Assembly (NCBI GenBank): GCA_017550115.1
Contig: JAFYLR010000016.1
Coordinates: 1-56,804 of the forward strand
Length of the DNA stretch: 56,804 nt
DNA from: Clostridia bacterium
Lineage (GTDB): Bacteria > Bacillota > Clostridia > Oscillospirales > CAG-272
Direction: 5' to 3'
In this document: in pieces, positions 27,820 to 36,276 of the stretch
How the letters are laid out: every line of letters starts with the position of its first letter
How positions within the stretch are numbered: position 1 is the stretch's first letter
Notes under the pieces: generated by a model
Told to the model about the DNA's origin: nothing
Databases searched by the model: none
The model's input: only the letters and a program-made list of their open reading frames with translations
Position numbers and translations under genes: made by a program

Positions 27820-28536
27820 ATGAGTAAAGTAAGTGAATGCCCTTACGCACAGAGCCTTGAGGTTCAGCATATGTGCACAGTTAAAAAGGGCTGCGATCAC
27901 GGTCCTGCTCCTATTCCCGAAGAGGGCAAGTGGATCCAGGCAAAGCAGATTACGGATATTTCCGCATACACACACGGTGTGGGTTGGTGTGCACCTCAGC
28001 AGGGTGCTTGTAAGCTTTCCCTCAACGTAAAGAACGGTATCATCGAGGAAGCACTCGTTGAGACAATCGGTTGTTCGGGTATGACACACTCCGCAGCTAT
28101 GGCAGCAGAGATCCTTCCCGGCAAAACACTTCTTGAGGCACTTAACACAGACCTTGTTTGTGACGCTATCAACACAGCTATGCGTGAGCTCTTCCTCCAG
28201 ATCGTTTACGGACGCAGCCAGTCTGCTTTCTCCGAGGGCGGTCTCGTTATCGGTGCCGGCATGGAAGACCTCGGTAAAGGCGAGAGATCCATGGTTGGTA
28301 CAATGTACGGAACTAAGGAAAAGGGCGTAAGATACCTCGAGATGACCGAGGGATACTGCACAAGAATGGCCCTTGACGAAAACGACGAAGTTATCGGATA
28401 TGAATTCGTATCTCTTGGCAAGATGACAGACTTCATCAAGAAGGGCATGGAGCCCGGTGAAGCTTATCAGAAGGCAATGGGTACATACGGACGTTTCAAT
28501 GATGCTGCAAAGTACATTGACCCCCGTAAAGAATAA
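27820..28536 (+). CDS. IscU/NifU-N-like protein with Cys-rich N-terminal extension and about 110-aa C-terminal extension
   Basis: GVGWCAPQQGACKLSLNVKNGIIEEALVETIGCSGMTHSAAMAAEILPGKTLLEAL parallels the IscU core (CGD...GC...ASSS..tE...GKt..EAl). The N-terminus reads CPYAQSLEVQHMCTVKKGCDHG. Confidence 0.6.
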   Translation: MSKVSECPYAQSLEVQHMCTVKKGCDHGPAPIPEEGKWIQAKQITDISAYTHGVGWCAPQQGACKLSLNVKNGIIEEALVETIGCSGMTHSAAMAAEILPGKTLLEALNTDLVCDAINTAMRELFLQIVYGRSQSAFSEGGLVIGAGMEDLGKGERSMVGTMYGTKEKGVRYLEMTEGYCTRMALDENDEVIGYEFVSLGKMTDFIKKGMEPGEAYQKAMGTYGRFNDAAKYIDPRKE

Positions 28537-28555
28537 TTAAGGAGGTAGATGTATA

Positions 28556-29554
28556 ATGGCTAAGTTTGAAGGTTACGAGAGACGCGAGGCGAAGATTCTC
28601 GAGGCTCTTAAGGAATATGGTATCAAATCTATCGACGAGTGCAAGGAGATCTGCGATGCATACGGCATAGATCCTTACAAGATCGTTGAAGAAACACAGC
28701 CCATCTGCTTTGAGAACGCAAAGTGGGCATACACAGTAGGTGCTGCTATCGCAATAAAGAAGGGCTGCAAGAAGGCTGCTGACGCTGCTGCCGCTATCGG
28801 TATCGGTCTTCAGGCATTCTGTATCCCCGGCTCTGTTGCTGAAAACCGTAAGGTTGGTCTTGGTCACGGTAATCTCGGAAAGATGCTTCTTTCCGATGAG
28901 ACAGAGTGCTTCTGCTTCTTGGCAGGACACGAGTCCTTTGCTGCAGCTGAGGGTGCTATCAAGATCGCGCTTAATGCAAACAAGGTAAGAAATAAGCCTC
29001 TCCGTGTTATTCTTAACGGTCTTGGCAAGGACGCAGCTTACATTATCTCCAGAATCAACGGCTTTACATACGTAAAGACCGAGTTCGATCCTTACAGCGA
29101 GTCTGTAAAGGTTCTTGAGGAGAAGCCTTTCTCTAAGGGACCCAGAGCTGACGTTAAGTGCTATGGTTCTGACAGTGTTCCGGAAGGCGTTGCTATAATG
29201 AGACTTGAGAACGTTGGCGTTTCTATCACCGGTAACTCAACTAACCCCACTCGTTTCCAGCACCCTGTTGCAGGAACTTATAAGAAGTGGTGCGTTGAAA
29301 ACGGCGTAAACTACTTCTCTGTTGCGTCCGGCGGTGGTACAGGACGTACACTTCACCCCGATAATATGGCAGCAGGCCCCGCTTCCTACGGTATGACAGA
29401 TACTCTCGGAAGAATGCACTCTGACGCACAGTTCGCAGGTTCTTCCTCCGTTCCCGCACACGTAGAGATGATGGGACTTATCGGTGCAGGTAACAACCCG
29501 ATGGTTGGTATGACTGTTGCGGTTGCAGTTGCAGTTGAAGAGGCTGCTAAGTAA
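28556..29554 (+). CDS. GGGtGRT-family protein (function unknown)
   Basis: Contains the family-defining VASGGGTGRTLHPDN motif. Its length (332 aa) is typical for the family. Confidence 0.75.
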   Translation: MAKFEGYERREAKILEALKEYGIKSIDECKEICDAYGIDPYKIVEETQPICFENAKWAYTVGAAIAIKKGCKKAADAAAAIGIGLQAFCIPGSVAENRKVGLGHGNLGKMLLSDETECFCFLAGHESFAAAEGAIKIALNANKVRNKPLRVILNGLGKDAAYIISRINGFTYVKTEFDPYSESVKVLEEKPFSKGPRADVKCYGSDSVPEGVAIMRLENVGVSITGNSTNPTRFQHPVAGTYKKWCVENGVNYFSVASGGGTGRTLHPDNMAAGPASYGMTDTLGRMHSDAQFAGSSSVPAHVEMMGLIGAGNNPMVGMTVAVAVAVEEAAK

Positions 29555-29557
29555 TAG

Positions 29558-29634
29558 AGTTTATATGGAGGGGTATGCCCGAGCATAGTGGGCGGTGCGA
29601 CTCCGTCCCCCTCCACCTTATATAAACTTTATAT
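29558..29634 (+). other. Structured insert of about 77 nt between the GGGtGRT stop and a duplicated gene tail
   Basis: Outer inverted repeat AGTTTATATGGAGGGG ... CCCCTCCA(CCT)TATATAAACT, with an inner GCCC..GGGC hairpin. TTTATAT occurs as a direct repeat at both ends (29560-29566 and 29628-29634). Confidence 0.45.
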
Positions 29635-29637
29635 CTT

Positions 29638-29670
29638 GTTGCTGTTGCTATCGAAGAGGCTGCGAAATAA
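29638..29670 (+). pseudogene. Remnant copy of the last 11 codons of a GGGtGRT gene
   Basis: GTTGCTGTTGCTATCGAAGAGGCTGCGAAATAA (VAVAIEEAAK*) compared with the gene end GTTGCAGTTGCAGTTGAAGAGGCTGCTAAGTAA (VAVAVEEAAK*). About 27 of 33 nt match and the differences are mostly synonymous. The remnant is out of frame with the intact gene. Confidence 0.6.
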
Positions 29671-29689
29671 TTTTGCTTGATAACATTTC

Positions 29690-29721
29690 AAAAAAGTTCC
29701 GCTTTCTGCGGAACTTTTTTG
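29690..29721 (+). terminator. Intrinsic terminator
   Basis: AAAAAAGTTCCGC-TTTCT-GCGGAACTTTTTT. Confidence 0.85.
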
Positions 29722-29748
29722 GGATATTAACGTTTAAGGAGAATTATA

Positions 29749-29952
29749 ATGGCTATATATGTGTATAGTTGTAAAAACAACAAATGCATCTGTGTTTTAG
29801 AAGACAACCGCAGATTATATGACAAACCCGCTTCATCGGATAACACTACACCGCGCAAGCTTTTAGGTAAGCTTGACTATAATTATAGAGTTTTTTACGA
29901 AGATAGCTATGATGAGGCAGGTGCAGCCGATACTTCAGGATACGTCAAATAA
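29749..29952 (+). CDS. Hypothetical 67-aa protein, possibly the 5' part of a frameshifted gene
   Basis: A good RBS (AAGGAGAA) precedes the ATG at 29749. An overlapping ORF (29873-30106) in another frame has no RBS of its own and ends in a TM helix. Confidence 0.4.
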   Translation: MAIYVYSCKNNKCICVLEDNRRLYDKPASSDNTTPRKLLGKLDYNYRVFYEDSYDEAGAADTSGYVK

Positions 29953-30110
29953 CCACACGTCAAAAAGCACGTCTTATAAATCAAAAAGCACCACAAATTA
30001 TACGCCTCCCAAAAATAAAAAAGCCCCTATGGACGCAGGAGAATTTCTCGGGTGGGCAATATTCGCGATAATTGTGCTTATAATTCTGGAAAAACTATTT
30101 GGATGATAAT

Positions 30111-30140
30111 AAAGCAGACGCAACGAGGAGCGTCTGCTTT
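30111..30140. terminator. Bidirectional intrinsic terminator
   Basis: AAAGCAGACGC-AACGAGGA-GCGTCTGCTTT, flanked by A and T runs and lying between convergent genes. Confidence 0.8.
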
Positions 30141-30390
30141 ATTTTTGTTTTAGTAATTCGTCGGCACTTATGCCGAATATCTTTGCGAGGGCAATAATTT
30201 CGATATCCGTAACAAATCTTTTTCCGCATTCGATACGCTGTATAGCATTTTTATCAACGTCAATTCCTTCAAGTTGAAGTTTTTCAGCAAGAATTCGTTG
30301 AGAGATTTTCGGGACCATTTTCTTGCGAAATTCATATACATTTTCGCCACATATATTGTTTTTGCCGTTAACCGATTTGTTTTTAAACAT
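30139..30390 (-). CDS. XRE-family HTH transcriptional regulator (83 aa)
   Basis: ISQRILAEKLQLEGIDVDKNAIQRIECGKRFVTDIEIIALAKIFGISADELL. RBS AAGAGGTG precedes the ATG at 30390. Confidence 0.85.
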   Translation of the reverse strand: MFKNKSVNGKNNICGENVYEFRKKMVPKISQRILAEKLQLEGIDVDKNAIQRIECGKRFVTDIEIIALAKIFGISADELLKQK

Positions 30391-30496
30391 AAAACACCTC
30401 TTTTGACATTTAGTGCTTGACAAAAATATTATAACCCTTTATAATATAAAAACGACATTCACTAGATGTCAAAAAAGAAAAAGGGGACTTTATGAA

Positions 30497-32173
30497 ATGA
30501 AAAGAAATTTGAAAGTAATTTTAGCCGTTTTAGCACTTATGGTTTGTGTAATATTTATGTGCGTTTCGGCTTCAGCAACAGACTCTAATGTCACTGCAAG
30601 TGGAACTTGCGGAGAGAACGTTAATTGGACGCTTTATAGCGGTGGACTCCTCCGAATTTCAGGAGAGGGAGACATGGAAGACCTTGAAAGTTGGGAGGAT
30701 TATTTCTCATGGATGAATTATAATAGTTCGATACAAAGAATCGTTATTGATGATGGGGTAACGAGCATAGGCGATTACGCTTTTTTTGGATATTACCCTT
30801 TTATAAGTAGTCTGACTATTGGAGATAGCGTAACGAGTATCGGAGAGGCGGCTTTTTATGGTTGCAGAGCACTAAGTAGTCTGACTATTGGAGATAGCGT
30901 AACGAGTATCGGAGAGGCGGCTTTTTATAGTTGCGAAGCACTTACATGTGTAAGAATACCAAATAGTGTGGAAAACATAGGAAAAAATGCATTTAGCTAC
31001 TGTGATAAGCTCACAAGCGTTATTATTGATAATTATGGAAAAACCGTGGTATTTGGCTCTAATGTGTTTCCAAAAAGTGCGAAGATTACTTATACCAACC
31101 CAATCATAGCAAGTGGAACTTGCGGATGGAACGTTGGTTGGACACTATATTATGACGGTCTTCTTAAAATCTCTGGCAGTGGAAATATGAACACTTATAG
31201 GTATTGGACCGATATTCCATGGGATCCTTACGAATCCCAAATTAAAATTAAACAAGTTATTATTGAAGATGGAGTAACGAGCATATGTGCTTATGCATTC
31301 GATTCTTGCCATACACTCACAAGTGTGACTATACCTAATAGCGTAACGAGCATAGGCAATTATGCGTTCTATTATTGTGATAGTCTTACAAGCATAGAAA
31401 TCCCTTGTAGCGTGACGAGTATAGAGAAGTATACGTTCTATAATTGCACTTCACTCACGAGCGTAACTATTCCCAATAGCGTAACGAGCATAGGTGAGAG
31501 GGCATTTGATGTCTGCCCGCTGTTAACGATTCGTGGATATAAAGATTCGACAGCGGAAGAATATGCAAATGCGCACGACATCCCATTTGAAGAGATTATC
31601 GATATCGATTATGATTTCTTGAAATTCAAGGAATATCAAATACGTTCTTCAAAATATAATGGTTTGCGTTCTATTTTTTCTGTCGATCTTTTGAAAATGT
31701 CCGCTCTTGAAAAGAATGGATTAAAGGTCGTAGAATATGGTGCGATTTTAGCATCAACCGAAAAATTGATCCAAAACGGCGATGAACTTATAGTTATGCC
31801 CGATGCTAATGGGAACTATGTCACAGTGTCGTATGGTGCGATTGCTCCTATTATGCGTAATAATAAAATTATAAACAAAGTCGTTAGTTACAATAAAGAA
31901 GAACTACAGTTTGCATTTACTATTATAAATTATACGGTCGATACCTTTGCTAAAAAAGCGAGCTTCAGAGGATACGCTGTTATTGAAGATTCTAACGGAA
32001 ACAGAAGTATCATATATGCCGATTATTCTAATCCCGAATATAGATCGGTTTCGTTGGAGCAGATCTGCGATGTCGCGGTCTCGCAAAATAGTAACATAAC
32101 GGTAGAAAATAACATTTCTTATGCCCATGTTGTTGAATTTAGAAAGCAACTGGCAAAATCGGTTGTTTATTGA
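30497..32173 (+). CDS. Secreted BspA-type leucine-rich-repeat (LRR_5) surface protein
   Basis: Signal peptide MKRNLKVILAVLALMVCVIFMCVSASA. There are many 23-aa units of the form LTSVTIPNSVTSIGxxAFxxCxx, and a non-LRR C-terminal domain of about 190 aa. RBS AAGGGGA precedes the ATG at 30497. Confidence 0.8.
   Translation: MKRNLKVILAVLALMVCVIFMCVSASATDSNVTASGTCGENVNWTLYSGGLLRISGEGDMEDLESWEDYFSWMNYNSSIQRIVIDDGVTSIGDYAFFGYYPFISSLTIGDSVTSIGEAAFYGCRALSSLTIGDSVTSIGEAAFYSCEALTCVRIPNSVENIGKNAFSYCDKLTSVIIDNYGKTVVFGSNVFPKSAKITYTNPIIASGTCGWNVGWTLYYDGLLKISGSGNMNTYRYWTDIPWDPYESQIKIKQVIIEDGVTSICAYAFDSCHTLTSVTIPNSVTSIGNYAFYYCDSLTSIEIPCSVTSIEKYTFYNCTSLTSVTIPNSVTSIGERAFDVCPLLTIRGYKDSTAEEYANAHDIPFEEIIDIDYDFLKFKEYQIRSSKYNGLRSIFSVDLLKMSALEKNGLKVVEYGAILASTEKLIQNGDELIVMPDANGNYVTVSYGAIAPIMRNNKIINKVVSYNKEELQFAFTIINYTVDTFAKKASFRGYAVIEDSNGNRSIIYADYSNPEYRSVSLEQICDVAVSQNSNITVENNISYAHVVEFRKQLAKSVVY
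30806..30943 (+). repeat. Near-perfect 69-bp tandem duplication (one LRR unit)
   Basis: Units 30806-30874 and 30875-30943. The first ~54 nt are identical (AGTAGTCTGACTATTGGAGATAGCGTAACGAGTATCGGAGAGGCGGCTTTTTAT), coding SSLTIGDSVTSIGEAAFY twice. Confidence 0.9.
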
Positions 32174-32196
32174 TTCATAATTATCTAATTAAATTT

Positions 32197-32228
32197 AAAA
32201 AGGTTCAGTATTTGCTGAACCTTTTTTG
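32197..32228 (+). terminator. Intrinsic terminator after the LRR gene
   Basis: AAAAAGGTTCAG-TATTTG-CTGAACCTTTTTT. Confidence 0.85.
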
Positions 32229-32285
32229 CTTAGAATGTTTCTTCAAAATTTGCAAATATTAAGATGAAATTACCTTACAAAAAAG

Positions 32286-32317
32286 CAAAAAGACCTCTGA
32301 AAATCAGAGGTCTTTTT
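32286..32317 (-). terminator. Intrinsic terminator downstream of tRNA-Lys
   Basis: AAAAAGACCTCTGA-AAA-TCAGAGGTCTTTTT. Confidence 0.8.
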
Positions 32318-32319
32318 GT

Positions 32320-32395
32320 TGGTGCTCCATTGCGGAATCGAACCGCAGACACCTTGATTAAAAGTCAAGTGCTCTACCGGCTGAGCTAATGGGGC
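32320..32395 (-). tRNA. tRNA-Lys (anticodon UUU)
   Basis: The reverse complement GCCCCATTAGCTCAGCCGGTAGAGCACTTGACTTTTAATCAAGGTGTCTGCGGTTCGATTCCGCAATGGAGCACCA forms a cloverleaf. The anticodon loop is CTTTTAA, the T-loop is TTCGATT, and the CCA is encoded. There is one C-A mismatch in the acceptor stem. A TTGACA-17-TATTAT promoter lies upstream. Confidence 0.9.
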
Positions 32396-32538
32396 ATTTG
32401 CAACGACTTATATAATAACATATTATTTTGATTTTGTCAACACCTTTTTCTCGAAAACTTGCTTAAATTTCGCCTGAAATCATATAAAAATAAGGTATAG
32501 TCACCTATTTTTAGTAACTACACCTTATTTTTCTTAAA

Positions 32539-33525
32539 TTACCAATCAGCTTTTGCTTCGTCCTCGGGCATAACCTCAACGAACGCTCTGATAGCACATT
32601 CTATCATGCTGTCGTCAGGCTCTACGGTCGTAATATGCTGAAACCACACGCCCGGTTTTGAGATCGCTCTCGTTATAAAGTTGTTTTTTCTTCCCGCGAG
32701 CTTGATAAGCTCATAACCTACACCGACCGTGACAGGCAGGAGCAGTATCTTTATCGCAACACGCCAAAGTGTTGGAATTCCCGAAGGAATGAATATACCT
32801 ATAACGATTCCGACGAGCAGCATAAGCACCATAAACGACGTACCGCATCTGGGGTGAAAACGAATTTGCTTTCTAACGTTTTCAACCGTGAGGGGAAGTC
32901 CGTTTTCATAGCAGAAGATAGTTTTGTGCTCTGCTCCGTGATACATAAAGGTTCTGCGTATATCTTTCATACGAGATACGAGCAACATATATAAAAAGAA
33001 AAGAATAATTCTGAAAACACCCTCAAAAAGAGATTGCAGAAATGAGTTGCCACGAAAGGCTTCAATATATTTTTCCAAGAGGTTGTCGTAAAGAAAAGTA
33101 GGAAGGAAAACGAAAAGTCCAACCGCCAAAAGCACACCGAGTAGCGTACTTATTCCCATGAGTATATTCATACCGACCTGACTTGTTTTAGAAGGTTCTT
33201 TTTTGCCATCGCCCGAAGAATTTTTATCTTCCTCATCGATCTCGTCAAGTCCCGCTATCTCGGCAGAACGCATAAGGCATTTATAACCGAAACGCATAGA
33301 ATCTATGAAATTGAAGATTCCACGTATGAAGGGGAGCTTGAATATTTTTGCTTTGAAGGTAGCGGTCGTTTCCCATTTCTCAAGGACTATCTCGCCCTCG
33401 GGATTACGAACTGCCATAGCTGTATACTCAGGACCGCGCATCATTACTCCCTCAATAAGTGCTTGACCGCCGATCGATGTTTTTCTTGCACAAGAGTTGT
33501 TACAACTCGGACTATTGTTATTCAA
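32539..33525 (-). CDS. DUF1385-family membrane protein (YqhQ-like)
   Basis: GGQALIEGVMMRGP and YHGAEHKTI motifs, with 4-5 TM helices. Confidence 0.75.
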   Translation of the reverse strand: MNNNSPSCNNSCARKTSIGGQALIEGVMMRGPEYTAMAVRNPEGEIVLEKWETTATFKAKIFKLPFIRGIFNFIDSMRFGYKCLMRSAEIAGLDEIDEEDKNSSGDGKKEPSKTSQVGMNILMGISTLLGVLLAVGLFVFLPTFLYDNLLEKYIEAFRGNSFLQSLFEGVFRIILFFLYMLLVSRMKDIRRTFMYHGAEHKTIFCYENGLPLTVENVRKQIRFHPRCGTSFMVLMLLVGIVIGIFIPSGIPTLWRVAIKILLLPVTVGVGYELIKLAGRKNNFITRAISKPGVWFQHITTVEPDDSMIECAIRAFVEVMPEDEAKADW

Positions 33526-33593
33526 AAGATCACTCCTTTCCGAATGTTCTACAAGGATTATACACCTTATATATTAACTGAATATTAACTTTC

Positions 33594-33631
33594 AAAAAAA
33601 GAATGGGATTGGTGCGAAGCACCAATCCCAT
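33594..33631 (-). terminator. Intrinsic terminator after the SLH protein gene
   Basis: On the minus strand: ATGGGATTGGTGC-TTCG-GCACCAATCCCAT, followed by TCTTTTTTT. Confidence 0.85.
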
Positions 33632-33637
33632 AGCAGC

Positions 33638-36109
33638 TTAGTCGTTTACGATAATTCTGCTGATTTCATTACCGTTTGCAACAAAGCTTACGTTCTTTTC
33701 AAAGATGTCGGAGGCGGAGAGCTTCTTTACGCTGAACTCGCCTGCCTGGGATACCTCAATTTCTGCTATTATTGCATTTGAGGCAAGAGTGTAAGTAGAG
33801 GTGCCGATGGTGATGGTGTTTCCGGCATAACCTGTTACCTCACCGCTCTCAAGGCTCTTTTCCGAGGATGTGATGTGTCCGCTCTCGTCAAGGAGGTAGG
33901 AGCTGCCGACAGAGAGGGCATCATTTGAGGAATAGAGCTGTTCTATCTTACCGTTTGCGAAGTTATAAACTGTATAAACAGTCATAACGCTGTTGTTTAC
34001 GTGCTCTGTTGCACTCTTCTCAAGTATCTGAACGAAGGAAGACATATCGAGTGCACTTCCAAGAGAGCCTGAGGAGATGTAGAGGTACTTGAGAGTCTCA
34101 ACTGAGCCTGCATTGTCCTTCATTACAGCAACGACCTTTGCGGTATCATTAACTGTGATGTTTGAAGCGTAAGCACCTGTCTTATATACGATACCTGCGG
34201 GTGTGCCGACAACGATAACCGTATCTGCATCTGTTATAAACTTAACGGAAAGCGAACCGTCAGCCAATGTGTAGAATACGTTGCCGTTCTTTGCGATAGT
34301 CATAGAGGACGCGCTATCGATAACTGCCTTAAGCTCGCCACTCTGCGCGAACTTGGAGTCATTTGCGTCGGTCAGGGTGAGGATATCGTCAGAGTCAGCC
34401 TCGTAGCGATAAACGTCGCCGACTGTAACCTCGGAGTTCTTAACGTAAACGTTTACGCTCTTGCCACCGATGTTAGCGGTCATAAAGTAGCATACCTTAT
34501 TGTTGTGAACGACGGGGGTAGTCGTGCTTGTTGCGATAAGGTAAGTGGAAGCGTAAGATTCCTCGCTTGAAGCAGCAGAAGCATCGATTACGGCATTACC
34601 TCTTACGATTATATCGTAGCTTTCACCAACACTTAAGAGTGCTGCCACAGACTCTGCTGTAAAGGAAGTTCCCGCAACACCGAGAGTATAGGTCTTGCCG
34701 CCGATAACTGCACTTGTGGAAGTCAATCGAGACACTTTAACGTTCTTGATAACGTCAAGCTTTTCGGCGATAACGAGACGCTTTACTGCATTGTTGAAGT
34801 AGTAGAGAACTCTGTCGCCGTCTTTTGCGTTTTCATAGTTGATAAAGCCGCCTGTAAGCTCTGCTTCTTTGATACCGCCTGCGATATTGATGTAACCGGA
34901 GGTTATATCAAGCTCTGAATGAGTGAGGGGCATAAGGATCGCACGGGAAGCTATCTCGGAGCCGCCATCATATATGAGTTTGAGGCTGAAGAAGCCGTTT
35001 TTTTCCGCAAGAGCTGCGTTTGTGCCGATGGGGGCAAGAACTGCGTCATCGTCATATGAGAAAACGAGAAGCTCGTTTGCGTTGGTTGAGGTGGAGTTAG
35101 AATAAGATTCAACAATGTTATACTTAACACCGTCTATCTGGATAAATGTGTTGTTCGAGCCTACTGTGAAGCTTGAAAAGCTCTTTGAAGCACTTTCGGG
35201 AGCGCAGCCAACGATAGAGGCGATGCCTGTCTTGTTGTTGAGCTTATAGAAAACTCTGAAAGACTCGCCCAAGAAGTTGTTAACGTCGCCCGAGATGCCA
35301 AGGTCGCTCACCTTAACATAAGCGGTGTCAAGCGAGCCGTCGCCGCCAAGAATGTCGATCTCTGCATAGCCGTTTCTGATAACAGAGGACGTGCCGTGGA
35401 GAGCGAAATCATTTGTTGCGGTGATATAAGCTGTGCCTGCTTCGTAACCGTAAACGTATTCAAGAATAGTTGTTATGAGCGGAACTGCGTTGCCGGAAAC
35501 GTTTTTCACAACGATGTATTCGGCATTGATCGCATTGTAGAGGAGAGCCGCTGTCTGAGCTCTTGTCAGAGTCTGCTCGTATGCGACGTTTTGAAGCCCC
35601 TCTGTAAGACCGAGGCGAGTGCCTATGTCTATGTAGGACCAGGGATATCCTGCGTTTGTCTTGTCATTTGTCTGACCGAGTGCACGTGTTACCATTGCGA
35701 TCGCATCCTGAAGAGTGATTCCACCCTTGGGATCGAATGTTGTTGAGCTTGTTCCGAGAATGTATCCTGCGGCGTAAGCCCACGAGATAGCTCCGTTATA
35801 TGCAGGCTCATACAGATCCTTAAAAGGAGATGTATTTACTCTGCCGGAGTTGTCTTTGCCTGTAAGAAGGCGGTAGAGCAGAAGTGCCATCTGCTCACGA
35901 GTCACTTTTTCGTTCGGAGAGAATTCTGTGTCGGTAGTGCCCTTTATAACGCCAATGTCGGAGAGCATATCGATCTGTGTAGCGAAAGCGTTATCGGGAG
36001 CCACGTCACCGAAGTCCTTCGCGGACGCTGTGACTGCTGTTGACAGTGCTCCTGCAACTACCATAAGGATAGAGAGAAACACTGCAAGTGTTTTTTTGAG
36101 TTTTAGCAT
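33638..36109 (-). CDS. S-layer-homology (SLH) domain cell-surface protein, 823 aa
   Basis: Signal peptide ending in TASA. There are three N-terminal SLH repeats (FGDVAPDNAFATQIDMLSDIGVIKG..., FKDLYEPAYNGAISWAYAAGYILG...). The C-terminal region of about 620 aa is Ser/Thr/Gly/Val-rich and I recognise no domain in it. Confidence 0.75.
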   Translation of the reverse strand: MLKLKKTLAVFLSILMVVAGALSTAVTASAKDFGDVAPDNAFATQIDMLSDIGVIKGTTDTEFSPNEKVTREQMALLLYRLLTGKDNSGRVNTSPFKDLYEPAYNGAISWAYAAGYILGTSSTTFDPKGGITLQDAIAMVTRALGQTNDKTNAGYPWSYIDIGTRLGLTEGLQNVAYEQTLTRAQTAALLYNAINAEYIVVKNVSGNAVPLITTILEYVYGYEAGTAYITATNDFALHGTSSVIRNGYAEIDILGGDGSLDTAYVKVSDLGISGDVNNFLGESFRVFYKLNNKTGIASIVGCAPESASKSFSSFTVGSNNTFIQIDGVKYNIVESYSNSTSTNANELLVFSYDDDAVLAPIGTNAALAEKNGFFSLKLIYDGGSEIASRAILMPLTHSELDITSGYINIAGGIKEAELTGGFINYENAKDGDRVLYYFNNAVKRLVIAEKLDVIKNVKVSRLTSTSAVIGGKTYTLGVAGTSFTAESVAALLSVGESYDIIVRGNAVIDASAASSEESYASTYLIATSTTTPVVHNNKVCYFMTANIGGKSVNVYVKNSEVTVGDVYRYEADSDDILTLTDANDSKFAQSGELKAVIDSASSMTIAKNGNVFYTLADGSLSVKFITDADTVIVVGTPAGIVYKTGAYASNITVNDTAKVVAVMKDNAGSVETLKYLYISSGSLGSALDMSSFVQILEKSATEHVNNSVMTVYTVYNFANGKIEQLYSSNDALSVGSSYLLDESGHITSSEKSLESGEVTGYAGNTITIGTSTYTLASNAIIAEIEVSQAGEFSVKKLSASDIFEKNVSFVANGNEISRIIVND

Positions 36110-36276
36110 TGAAGCTCCTCCTGTTTTTTGATTTTTTGCGTCTCGGTTGCCGGGGGAGCCATATCATTTTTGGTCGTTTTACGAGCGCAGTCATAGGATA
36201 ACATGGAGCAGTTTTTTTATCAATAGATTTGTGCAAGCTGCAACAATTCAGAAATCTTAAATTGGTGATACTAAAC

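Noticed and set aside
29568-29620. Mini-ORF MPEHSGRCDSVPLHLI inside the 80-nt insert, and the antisense track ORF 29386-29616
   Set aside because: The ATG lies only 1 nt after the GGAGGGG, so the spacing is unusable. The antisense ORF overlaps the GGGtGRT gene end. The hairpin structure explains the sequence better.
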